DNA from: Promethearchaeota archaeon
GTDB taxonomy: Archaea > Asgardarchaeota > Thorarchaeia > Thorarchaeales > Thorarchaeaceae
Length of the DNA stretch: 43,024 nt
Assembly (NCBI GenBank): GCA_048939765.1
Contig: JBHLPF010000032.1
Location: forward strand, 1-43,024
Reading direction: 5' to 3'
Shown here: positions 27,587-36,452 of the stretch, in pieces
Layout: each line of letters begins with the position of its first letter
Position numbering within the stretch: the stretch's first letter is position 1
The notes under the pieces: generated by a model
The model's input: only the letters and a program-made list of their open reading frames with translations
Databases searched by the model: none
What the model was told of the DNA's origin: nothing
Position numbers and translations under genes: made by a program

Positions 27587-29312
27587 TCTGATTCTTTCGC
27601 TTGAACTGAAGAGCTCGTGCCAACCATGGAGAGACCTCGGTTTCTACGATCGACTCCAAGTGGGAAATATCCTCCAAGGATTCTTCAGTTCTTATTCTGG
27701 CTGCTCTTTTGGAGCCTATTCCCGGGATAGCCTTCCACTGCGCCAAGGAAACAGTGTGGACCTTGAGGGGATAGGGAAGGACCGTGACTGACCTAGGTCC
27801 ATGATCAATGACAAACACGTCAACATATGCCCCAGGATATGGTCCGCTCGGCATGAAGCAGAGTAGTGGATATGTTCCAAGAGGCCTCAGAAGGTAGTTG
27901 TTGCCTTCCATCCGTTCCATGAAGACAGATTGAATTACGGTTCCAGATGGTGCGACTTTCTTAATCATTTCCACATCGATTTCTTCACGGACCTGCTTCT
28001 TGTGTTGAAAGAGATCGTGTTTCTTGACCTTACTGGTCCTGGTGTTTCCCACTCTCGTGCCAGAGAATCCAATGACCTGGCGAATATTGATTCGGCGTAC
28101 GATGAGATTCTCTTCCACCAGTTTCTGAAGGAATGCATAGTTGTACTCCAGAGTCTTTTTGCTCTCTCCCAGAAGACCGTAGAGGAGATTGATTCCAGGA
28201 AGTAGATGTGGAAGACCCCATTCCGACCTATGACCTCCCACATCATTCAGCAGTCTTACCGCCTCAATTACCTGGTCCTCGTCAGCCTTCAAATTGTTAC
28301 GACGAACCACCTCTGGATCTACTGATTCCACCCCAAATGCGGCAACATCCCCAGAAGTATGATGTTTGATGATAGACTTGGCCACCTCTGTACTCTCATG
28401 TGGATGCCGTGCAATGGTGCCAGGATTCACATTGTCGATATGAAGGACCTGCAATTCTGGAGCAGCTCTGCGAACCTTGGAGAAGAGCTCCTCGATAACT
28501 TCAGGGTTCGGTTTTGGGAACTCTTCTTCACCGATTTCTTTGGACCCAAATGTAAACAGGTCTGCCTGATTGCCAATCCTGAACGCACGTGCACCCTGAT
28601 CGTATAGAGATTCGATCTCCTTGGCCACATCAGACGCAGTCCTTTGTATTGGTTTGCCATAGAGAGGCTCAGTACAGAAGGAGCAACCACCCGAGATGTA
28701 GCGAGGGCAGCCGCGGTACGTTTCAATCTCACAAATCATGTAACCTGCTGAATATCCAGGATGCTGTGAGAGTACTCTGGCACCCCGTTTCGCAAACACT
28801 TCCACCTCATCCAATGCTTCTCTGGTGCTAGAGAAATCGACTGAGGACAGATCTCCGTTTGCATCCATTATTCCAGCTGATACTATCTCTGGGTCGCCCG
28901 TGGCAATATAGTCGAATGGAGGACTAAGAACATCTGAGCTCAGAGCCAGCCGTCCACCCTCAAGTCCACAGCCGAATCGTGCCCATGGACCCATCAAAAT
29001 CTTTGGAATGTCTTCTATCCTGGCATCAGAGAAGAATCGCTTTGCTTCCTTCACAGAGATAGGTGTTCCACCAAGATATTTGCCTGGGACTATCATCCCT
29101 GCAATCAGGAGAATCAAGTCAGCGGTAGACCAAGCATCATAAGGATTTGTATGCCTACGGACATCATCGATTGTCTGGTAAATTATTTCTGTCCTCGGTG
29201 ACTTGGTCCATATGGCACCAGCAATATACCGGGGATAGGGACTGATGTATGGGGGGACTCCAAGGTTTGTGGGTTCGTCTACATAGCCATCAACAATGAC
29301 AACTCTATCCAG
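27537..29312 (-). CDS. Radical SAM protein (CX7CX2C) with C-terminal helix-hairpin-helix
   Basis: DGYVDEP N-terminus, RGCPRYISGGCSFC, IPGIGSKRA. Start uncertain: CTG 29312 or ATG 29408. Confidence 0.85.
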   Translation of the reverse strand: MDRVVIVDGYVDEPTNLGVPPYISPYPRYIAGAIWTKSPRTEIIYQTIDDVRRHTNPYDAWSTADLILLIAGMIVPGKYLGGTPISVKEAKRFFSDARIEDIPKILMGPWARFGCGLEGGRLALSSDVLSPPFDYIATGDPEIVSAGIMDANGDLSSVDFSSTREALDEVEVFAKRGARVLSQHPGYSAGYMICEIETYRGCPRYISGGCSFCTEPLYGKPIQRTASDVAKEIESLYDQGARAFRIGNQADLFTFGSKEIGEEEFPKPNPEVIEELFSKVRRAAPELQVLHIDNVNPGTIARHPHESTEVAKSIIKHHTSGDVAAFGVESVDPEVVRRNNLKADEDQVIEAVRLLNDVGGHRSEWGLPHLLPGINLLYGLLGESKKTLEYNYAFLQKLVEENLIVRRINIRQVIGFSGTRVGNTRTSKVKKHDLFQHKKQVREEIDVEMIKKVAPSGTVIQSVFMERMEGNNYLLRPLGTYPLLCFMPSGPYPGAYVDVFVIDHGPRSVTVLPYPLKVHTVSLAQWKAIPGIGSKRAARIRTEESLEDISHLESIVETEVSPWLARALQFKRKNQMAGPDGFEPSTSNLEG

Positions 29313-29313
29313 C

Positions 29314-30306
29314 TCACTCCCACTCCCTGAAGTTGTCGTACCCTGCTGCTGAAATCTCCAGAAGCCCCTCTGATGTTTCGAAGTATACCCCCTCTCCGGT
29401 TGTGGCATAGCCTATCCTCTTTAGAGGAACATGCATTTTCTTGGCAATCTGCACTGCTTCATTCCAATCAGACTGAGGTATCGCAAGCACGAGTAGGAAC
29501 TCCTCTCCACCCTCCATCACCAGCTTCAGTTCGGGAATAGAGTGAGCTTCTGAGAATTTGGCAATTCCTTTTGCAGTAGGTAGGTCATCAATAAGAAGAG
29601 ACACATTGCCTTGGGCAGCCATTGTATTCAGTGTGATTCCAAGTCCGTCACTACTGTCCATTGAAGCGGATACAAGATCTTTCTTGGCGAGGGCAGAAAC
29701 AAATCCAATGTGAATGTCTGGTCTATAGGCGGCTCCGATTGCCCTGCTCCTTAGGTCATCATCAGCCGTCTTTCTATTGAGCAGCACCTCAAACGCAACT
29801 GTTGTGAGACCGAAATCTCCAGTTACTGCTATTATGTCACCGTCCTTGACGCCGCCCCGTGTCACTATACCTTCGGGTGGCGCAACTCCAATTGCAACCC
29901 CAGTCAGCACTACATCAGCTGAGGATCCAACATCCCCTCCAATGAAAGGAACGTCCTTCTTCACACAGAATTGGGAGAACCCACGGACAAGTTCTTGGGC
30001 TGCAAGGGCATCGAATTCTCTTGGGACACACAATGAAAGGAGGGTCGCCAGGGGTGTCGCTCCTTTTGCGACAATATCGCTCAGAGCCATGACCGCCGTC
30101 TTTCTTCCAGCTTGGGCCTCGGTCATACCAGGCAGCCAGTCAGTTTCACGAACAAACGTATCGACATTCACTAGGATATTCTTGTTCTCGGAGATTGGAA
30201 TATCAGAAGCGTCTTCATCATACCCAAGCCGAGCCCCAGCAATATCATCAACAAGATTTCTAATCCTCTTGAGAAACTCACGCTCTCCAATCTCTTTTGT
30301 GCTCAT
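29314..30306 (-). CDS. thiL: Thiamine-monophosphate kinase
   Basis: GEREFL, LSDIVAKG, GGD, MDSSDGL, GGEEF. Confidence 0.93.
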   Translation of the reverse strand: MSTKEIGEREFLKRIRNLVDDIAGARLGYDEDASDIPISENKNILVNVDTFVRETDWLPGMTEAQAGRKTAVMALSDIVAKGATPLATLLSLCVPREFDALAAQELVRGFSQFCVKKDVPFIGGDVGSSADVVLTGVAIGVAPPEGIVTRGGVKDGDIIAVTGDFGLTTVAFEVLLNRKTADDDLRSRAIGAAYRPDIHIGFVSALAKKDLVSASMDSSDGLGITLNTMAAQGNVSLLIDDLPTAKGIAKFSEAHSIPELKLVMEGGEEFLLVLAIPQSDWNEAVQIAKKMHVPLKRIGYATTGEGVYFETSEGLLEISAAGYDNFREWE

Positions 30307-30383
30307 TCGCTAGCCTCCTACCTGACTCCTTTGTGTTCATGATAAACTTTTATAACGAATCTCACGGGATGCGCGTCAGTCGG

Positions 30384-30460
30384 GCCTCGGTGGCCAAGTG
30401 GTTTAAGGCGACTGCTTCGTAAGCAGTAGATCGGGGGTTCAAATCCCCCCCGGGGCTCCA
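30384..30460 (+). tRNA. tRNA-Thr(CGT)
   Basis: Cloverleaf, ACTGC TT-CGT-AA GCAGT, T73-CCA. Confidence 0.96.
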
Positions 30461-30552
30461 CCTTTTCTTCTCGTGATGCTATTTGTTTCTAGGAGAGCGG
30501 TCATTCAGACCACTCCAAAATGATATATCCCCCTCACGAAGCCAAGTAAGGC

Positions 30553-30828
30553 ATGACAACGAAGAAGTCATTCACCAGTAGAGAGGCCAAAGAGATTGGA
30601 GATAGGCTTGGCATCAAGTGGGATGAATTTGATGTAGAGCAATTTCGAATGGGAATGGACGTAGAGTTAGAACACGGGAAACGAGATGAACACACAAATG
30701 TGACTAACGACGATGCATTGATGACAGGCAAGATTGCGTTAGCCCACCTCAAGGAGTTTCCAGACTACTATGATAGGCTGGACAAGCTCGAGGAGGAAGC
30801 AAAAGCCTTCTGGAGGGAACGGGAATAG
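30553..30828 (+). CDS. DUF5661-like protein
   Basis: GMDVELEH, KIALAHLKEFPDYYDRL. Confidence 0.85.
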   Translation: MTTKKSFTSREAKEIGDRLGIKWDEFDVEQFRMGMDVELEHGKRDEHTNVTNDDALMTGKIALAHLKEFPDYYDRLDKLEEEAKAFWRERE

Positions 30829-30870
30829 AGTCGGATTGAAAGTCCTTCCTTTTGACGGAAATCATTCATC

Positions 30871-31485
30871 TCAAACAACTATGCCCCTTTTGACGACAAT
30901 TCGCAGAGTGTCCTTAATTTTGACCCAATCAAATGGTTTGCCTGTGACCAGTGAATAGAGCGACAGGCCGTTTGATGATCCTATCAGTATTCCAGCCAGG
31001 CTCTCAGCATCGATGTCTTTTCTGAACTCACCATTCGCTTGACCCTCTTCAATGATTTCGGCGAGAAAGCGAAGTGTCTTGAAGTACTGTTTCTGGAACT
31101 TCGACCTCCAAGACTTCTGTCTCGAGGCCTGTATTTGGAGCTCAAATGTAAGCCGACATTGCTCATCGGACTCATCGAACATAGAGTCTGGCAGGAGAGA
31201 CAATGTTTTCTCCAACTTGGTCCAAGCTGAGTCTTCCGGGGAGAACAACGTCTTTACCCCCTCAAGACTGGTATCACTTGCCTTTTCCATTACGGATAGG
31301 AAGAGCTGCTCCTTGCTGTCGAAATGTCCGTATATGGCGCCCTTGCTATAGCCGCTTTCCTTGACGATGTCATCCATCGATGTTCCGTGATATCCCTTTT
31401 CTGAGAAAAGAGATTCTGCGGCTCCCAGGATTGTATTCACAATCTGCTGCTTTTTTTCCGCGGTGACCTTTGGCATTTTAGTCAA
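30871..31485 (-). CDS. TetR/AcrR-family regulator
   Basis: LFSEKGYHGTSMDDIVKESGYSKGAIYGHFDSKEQL. Confidence 0.95.
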   Translation of the reverse strand: MTKMPKVTAEKKQQIVNTILGAAESLFSEKGYHGTSMDDIVKESGYSKGAIYGHFDSKEQLFLSVMEKASDTSLEGVKTLFSPEDSAWTKLEKTLSLLPDSMFDESDEQCRLTFELQIQASRQKSWRSKFQKQYFKTLRFLAEIIEEGQANGEFRKDIDAESLAGILIGSSNGLSLYSLVTGKPFDWVKIKDTLRIVVKRGIVV

Positions 31486-31505
31486 TCATCTCATTCAATT
31501 CTAAT

Positions 31506-31630
31506 GAAACCGACTGGTTAGTTTCCAATAAATGTATCGATTCGTGATTTGGAATTTGCGTCAGGAGAAAGACTTATATTAAAACCGACTGGTTAGTTTT
31601 AATAGTAATAGAAACCGACTAGTCGGTTTG
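31506..31630. promoter_or_regulatory. Three palindromic TetR-type operators in a divergent promoter
   Basis: AAACCGACTGGTTAGTTT at 31507 and 31582, perfect palindrome AAACCGACTAGTCGGTTT at 31612-31629, TTATATTA box at 31574. Confidence 0.85.
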
Positions 31631-31637
31631 TTTCAGG

Positions 31638-33014
31638 ATGACAGAGGTAAGACAGTTGAAAGCTGAAATGAAAGAGAAGCAACAGCAGCTCACGAGGGAA
31701 GCAGTCACCAAGGACATTGAACCTACAATTTTCACGACTGATGATGTGTCAATGGACTTTCAGATTGACACTGAGAAGGAACACCAACTGAAGGATTTCA
31801 TGAAGATACTAGGAGGCCAAGGATTCTCATTGGTTGGTAGTGCATTAGTTCAATTCTCGCTTGTCTGGTGGCTGACCATAACAACAGGAAGCGCAATAGT
31901 CCTGGCGATTGCCACAATTATGGCTTTGCTGCCTCAGATATTGATTAGTCCGTTTGCGGGAGTACTAGTTGACAGGTGGAATCGTCGCAAGGTCATGATC
32001 ACTTCAGATGGCATAGCAGCTTTGATGATCGTTATACTAGCATTTCTGTTTGCTCAAGGGTCTGCTAGCGTTTTCCATGTATACGGCATAATGGCGATAC
32101 GTTCAGCGGTTGGAGTGTTCCAATGGCCGGCATTGCAGGCGTCTGTTTCACTCATGGTACCCGATGAGCACCTATCGAGAATCAATGGACTGTATCAGTC
32201 CCTTTCCGGACTGGCTCAGATAGCAGCTCCTCCTCTGGGAGCGATGCTTCTACTAATCATGCCAATTCAGACGATATTGCTGATTGATATTTTCACCGCA
32301 GCTCTAGCAATCTTTCCATTGATGTTCATTAGGGTTCCACAGCCTGACAGAGAACCACCAACACAGGAGAGTTCTTCCATTCTGACGGATATGATGCGAG
32401 GTGTGAGATTCCTTACACGATGGAGGGGTGGTCAATTCACGCTAGTTGCAGTGATGATTACGAACCTGATTCTGATTCCCTCGATGTCATTGGTGCCTAT
32501 CTTCGCATTGGTTCACTTCAATGGAGGCGCATTTGAGCTGGCATGGCTTCAGTCAGCCCTGGGTGTGGGAATGCTGGTAGGCGGAATAGCATTGAGCGTT
32601 TGGGGCGGGTTCAAGCGTCGAATGGATACAGTGGTTGTAGCAGTAGTAGCAATGGGCATAGCCATACTCGCGGTGGGAATGACTCCGAGCGGATTACTCT
32701 TCCTAGCTGTTGCGGGACTGTTCATAACGGGAGTCATGGTTCCAATGGCTTCGGGATCCATAATGGCTATTCTACAGGCCATTGTTCCTAAGGAGATTCA
32801 GGGCCGCGTTTTCTCAGTTGTCATCAGCCTCTCACCATTGATGGCGCCTATAGGTCTAGCAATAGCAGGTCCCATCGCTGAGGCGTTTGGAACGTCCTTC
32901 TGGTATCTAATCAGTGGTGTTGTGATCATGCTAATAGGCCTTGTAGGTCGTCTTGACTCCACAATCATGGAGATGGAAGAAGCTGAAAACTTGTCCATAG
33001 CCCCTCTATTGTGA
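31638..33014 (+). CDS. MFS efflux transporter (DHA3/MefA-like)
   Basis: AGVLVDRWNRRKVM motif A, about 12 TM segments. Confidence 0.92.
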   Translation: MTEVRQLKAEMKEKQQQLTREAVTKDIEPTIFTTDDVSMDFQIDTEKEHQLKDFMKILGGQGFSLVGSALVQFSLVWWLTITTGSAIVLAIATIMALLPQILISPFAGVLVDRWNRRKVMITSDGIAALMIVILAFLFAQGSASVFHVYGIMAIRSAVGVFQWPALQASVSLMVPDEHLSRINGLYQSLSGLAQIAAPPLGAMLLLIMPIQTILLIDIFTAALAIFPLMFIRVPQPDREPPTQESSSILTDMMRGVRFLTRWRGGQFTLVAVMITNLILIPSMSLVPIFALVHFNGGAFELAWLQSALGVGMLVGGIALSVWGGFKRRMDTVVVAVVAMGIAILAVGMTPSGLLFLAVAGLFITGVMVPMASGSIMAILQAIVPKEIQGRVFSVVISLSPLMAPIGLAIAGPIAEAFGTSFWYLISGVVIMLIGLVGRLDSTIMEMEEAENLSIAPLL

Positions 33015-33036
33015 ATGTCGAATGCGTGAAGCAAAA

Positions 33037-33083
33037 CCCGGGGAGTGGTATGCCAAACAAGCACTCCCTTGGGCTCCCTTTTC
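33037..33083 (+). terminator. Stem-loop after the MFS gene
   Basis: GGGGAGTG...CACTCCCC stem followed by CCCTTTT. Confidence 0.5.
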
Positions 33084-33190
33084 TAGCGTTATACAGTAAC
33101 CCATGATGATTTGCCTGATTCGTGAAGAGCGCCCAATGAGTCGGCGTTTACCTTAAGGATTATAGTGCGCGAGCTGATTATCTATAGCAT

Positions 33191-33535
33191 GTGAACGACA
33201 TGACCAAAGCTTCCTATCCAGATATAATCAAGAAACTCCCGAAAGTGAAGCACTCGATGGAGGGCGTGGAGGGATGGCTTGCTCAGGGGAAGGACTTCCA
33301 AATAGCGTTCTTCAAGATTCAACCCACAGCAAAGGTACCACCGCATAGCCATGGAGCTCAGTTCGGAGTCGTAATCGAGGGCGAAATTACCCTGACAATA
33401 GGCGATAACACTCAAGTCTATGGTAAGGGTGACACCTATAGTATTCCTGCAGGCGTTATTCACCGTGCAGAGTGCAAGTCTGTTGTCCTTGTAATGGACT
33501 ATTTTGATGATGCAGACAGATATGAAACCGAATAG
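33191..33535 (+). CDS. Cupin domain protein
   Basis: PPHSH, GDTYSIPAGVIH. Confidence 0.9.
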   Translation: MNDMTKASYPDIIKKLPKVKHSMEGVEGWLAQGKDFQIAFFKIQPTAKVPPHSHGAQFGVVIEGEITLTIGDNTQVYGKGDTYSIPAGVIHRAECKSVVLVMDYFDDADRYETE

Positions 33536-33539
33536 AGCC

Positions 33540-33794
33540 CTACTCACTCCAAGCCTCATTCGAGAACTCGATTGCATGCAACACCGTCTGACTGAACTCG
33601 TTTGTATCGCATTCAAAAGTGTACATCACAAATCCATCATAAGCAAAGAAGTGCATTCTTCGCACATGATAGATGATCTTCGGCTGCGCAACTTGCACTA
33701 GCTCGAGGAACTCATCCCGTCTAAATTTCACACGATACGAACTTGTATGTTGAGCGGCTGCCGCTGCCGCGGCTGCTCCACCTGCAAAAGCCAT
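33540..33794 (-). CDS. Hypothetical protein with N-terminal poly-Ala
   Basis: MAFAGGAAAAAAAAQH..., with AGGTG upstream of ATG 33794. Confidence 0.7.
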   Translation of the reverse strand: MAFAGGAAAAAAAAQHTSSYRVKFRRDEFLELVQVAQPKIIYHVRRMHFFAYDGFVMYTFECDTNEFSQTVLHAIEFSNEAWSE

Positions 33795-33907
33795 CTTTAA
33801 GCACCTGATACGAGTCTGGATTTCCTGACTTCTAAACTTGGTTCTCAAAGCAGAACAATGCAGTGAATTGCATAGTGCTTATCTGATGGGAATTGCCCTG
33901 TCAGACC

Positions 33908-34675
33908 ATGGCTCATCCAGGAGTTATGCGCGATTCTGAGGGAAGAGTCCCTCATGTATACCTGAAAGAAGGTGATGTCGCCGAATATGTCTTGCTGCCT
34001 GGCCCTCCAGAACGAGCAAGAGTGACGGCCTCAATGTTTGACAGTTCCAAAGAATTGGGATTCCATAGAGAATACCTCAGCTTCACCGGAGAGTATCAGG
34101 GCATTGAGGTCTCAGTTGTGTCCACCGGGATGGGAGTGTTCTCAGCAGTCGTAGCAGTTGAAGAACTCGCCGCGATTGGTGCTAATACCTTCATTAGAAT
34201 TGGATCATGTGCCACGTATCAAGAGAAGATTCAACTTGGCGACAACATCATAGCTACTGGGTGCATCAGGGACGAGGGCTGTACGCTAGAATATGCACCA
34301 TTGGCGTTCCCAGCAATACCTGACCTAACCGTGATGACAGCGCTCATAGATTCAGCTAGAGAAGTTGGGGCTACGTATCATACAGGAGTTGTGCGAACCT
34401 GCGAGAACTTCTACTTGCGCGACCGGTCATCAGCCCTCAATGCGCAATATGCAAAGCTGGGTGCCGTCGCTCTTGATATGGAACTTTCTGCCATATTGAT
34501 GGCTTCGATTGATTTGGGAAAAAGAGCGGGTGGCATTCTCACTGTAGGATCCAACATGGTCACAACTGAGAACCGGTATAAGGGGGATCGGATCGCTGAG
34601 TTTGACGCGGGCGAGAGGAATATGATAAGAATCGCCCTGGAAACGGCAAGAAAATTGCACGCTCAAGACCAATGA
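33908..34675 (+). CDS. Nucleoside (uridine) phosphorylase family
   Basis: LPGPPERA, STGMG, IRIGSC, LDME. Confidence 0.9.
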   Translation: MAHPGVMRDSEGRVPHVYLKEGDVAEYVLLPGPPERARVTASMFDSSKELGFHREYLSFTGEYQGIEVSVVSTGMGVFSAVVAVEELAAIGANTFIRIGSCATYQEKIQLGDNIIATGCIRDEGCTLEYAPLAFPAIPDLTVMTALIDSAREVGATYHTGVVRTCENFYLRDRSSALNAQYAKLGAVALDMELSAILMASIDLGKRAGGILTVGSNMVTTENRYKGDRIAEFDAGERNMIRIALETARKLHAQDQ

Positions 34676-35011
34676 TTCACCTCCGGACTTGTGCAGCTGC
34701 CCGCAGCTTTATTCGTATTCAGAAGAACTCAGGCGGACCAAAGAGATGAGAATAGAAATTAAAACATAACAAAAAGCCAAAGGCTAAGAAAAAGCACTGG
34801 CAGTCACTCCCCCCATTCGAGTGGTATGCAGCAGCAGGGCGATGAGCACTCATTGGCTCATCAATCTAGTTTTCTGCGGTCTCAATGTATTGATACAGTC
34901 TAACTGATCTCGGTCTACACTTCTTCTCGAAAATTGACATCCTTGTTACGGGTTTCTCCGACATCTTTAAGTGATTTGAAAATGCATCACCAAATCGCGG
35001 ACACAAATGAT

Positions 35012-35131
35012 GCGGAGGTTGCCAAGCCTGGCCAAAGGCGCTAGGTTGAGGGCCTAGTTCAGTAGTGATTCGCGAGACTCCGGGTAATTCGTAGACTCGG
35101 GGCGCGCATTCAAATCTCGCCCTCCGCACCA
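35012..35131 (+). tRNA. tRNA-Leu(GAG) with 32-nt intron at 53/54 (35077-35108)
   Basis: GCGGAGG/CCTCCGC acceptor, CTAGG TT-GAG-GG CCTAG, variable arm, T-arm GCGAG|TTCAAAT CTCGC interrupted by a BHB-like intron. Confidence 0.92.
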
Positions 35132-35169
35132 TCTTTCTTTCTCACCAAATCATTCCACCGCATAATGAT

Positions 35170-35985
35170 TCAATCTTTGAAATAGACCATCTGAATACTA
35201 GAAGCGAGCAGTTCCCCTTCATCACTCCATATCTCAGCGACCTGATCATAATAACCACGGTAGAAACGTTGGCCCCGTGCAGAAGCCAAAATCGGGCGAC
35301 TTCCCTGACGGGCAAGACTGGAGGCATCGGCATGGAAATATGTTGTAATTGATACCGTGCTTGACACCCCTAATGTCTGGCGTCGAATAAAGACTCGAGG
35401 GAAGAATACGTCGCTTATTGCCGCCAGAGAGAGAAAATCAAGCGGCCGTTCTGGCTCGTCACGCACCCATAGTAAACTCTCGGAGTCCTTCGCTGGTTGA
35501 CCCGACAAAGCCAACTCACCACGTATGAATTTGAAGTCATAGCGTTTGATCCAGTTAGGTCCGGGTGGAGCTGACCACGACTCAACTTCTTCAGGTTTCG
35601 GTGCTACGGGAGCGCGTGCCTCAGACATCATCCATGTTTCTTGCCGGTTTGCAAGAATCACAGTAGATGTTGTTGCTACTTGTGAACCTTGAATGATCTC
35701 AGCAATCCAATGTTGGTTCGAACGGTTTGTGCGTATAGGACGAGCTGTGAACTCAAATGGGGCGTCCGCGATTGGCCCGGCAAAGTTCACAGTTAGTGAA
35801 ACAGGACTTCCCTGACTTTCTTTGTGACTCAGTATTCCGTTTAGAATGACTGCTACAATGATACCACCGAATGGACCTACCATATTGGCATAGGTCTGAG
35901 GGATACGCCCTTGGAATGCATTAGGAGATGCTGCTGCAAGTTCAACTGCCTGATCGAAAGGGTGCATTTGATTATTATCGAGCAC
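35170..35985 (-). CDS. TesB-like double-hotdog acyl-CoA thioesterase
   Basis: GPFGG, LAAISDVFFPR, DEGELLASS. Confidence 0.88.
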   Translation of the reverse strand: MLDNNQMHPFDQAVELAAASPNAFQGRIPQTYANMVGPFGGIIVAVILNGILSHKESQGSPVSLTVNFAGPIADAPFEFTARPIRTNRSNQHWIAEIIQGSQVATTSTVILANRQETWMMSEARAPVAPKPEEVESWSAPPGPNWIKRYDFKFIRGELALSGQPAKDSESLLWVRDEPERPLDFLSLAAISDVFFPRVFIRRQTLGVSSTVSITTYFHADASSLARQGSRPILASARGQRFYRGYYDQVAEIWSDEGELLASSIQMVYFKD

Positions 35986-36054
35986 GGTCTTCTTAATCTA
36001 TTCGGGTTTCCTAATGATGTGATTAAAAGGTAGTTAGCTGCAATCGCTGATTTT

Positions 36055-36245
36055 GGACCCACCCTGCACGGGGAGGCAAGCCGCATGTTGAGGGTGGGTC
36101 CTTTGAGGGAGTTGTCGTCAGGAGCGTGATAGGGGGTTCCGAAGACAGAGGAACTCTCGCGCGCTTGGCGGGTCCGGATTGTCAAGGTGGGGAGCAAGAG
36201 AGGGCATAGGGACTCGGACTTTTTGAGAGGCCCAAAGGAACCCCC
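36055..36245 (+). ncRNA. Candidate structured non-coding RNA
   Basis: GC-rich intergenic tract with perfect 11-bp and 9-bp helices. Confidence 0.4.
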
Positions 36246-36452
36246 AGAGAGTCTTGCACATTACTTACAATCATGAACCCTATTGGAGAGATATAAGACT
36301 GTAATGAGATTTGGTGACATTCAAGGATATAGTTATTGTAAAGAATCCGTCGAATTGAAGTGGCTTTGAACGAATAGTACATTCCACAGAGAAGAGGAAT
36401 CTATAAAGGAAAGCCAGTTTGTGATGGAACCAAACAACAGGAGTGGCCAGCC

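Noticed and set aside
34680-34865. Possible Cys-rich or TGA-readthrough (Sec) peptide on the minus strand
   Set aside because: No frame has a start plus an uninterrupted plausible product, and no SECIS was recognised.
34866-35132. 88-aa minus-strand ORF
   Set aside because: Largely the antisense of tRNA-Leu and its promoter.
36140-36260. RNase P RNA (GAGGAACTCTC resembles CR-I) or SRP RNA (GGGAGCAA)
   Set aside because: I found no matching CR-V/P4 partner and no SRP helix-8 GNRA hairpin.
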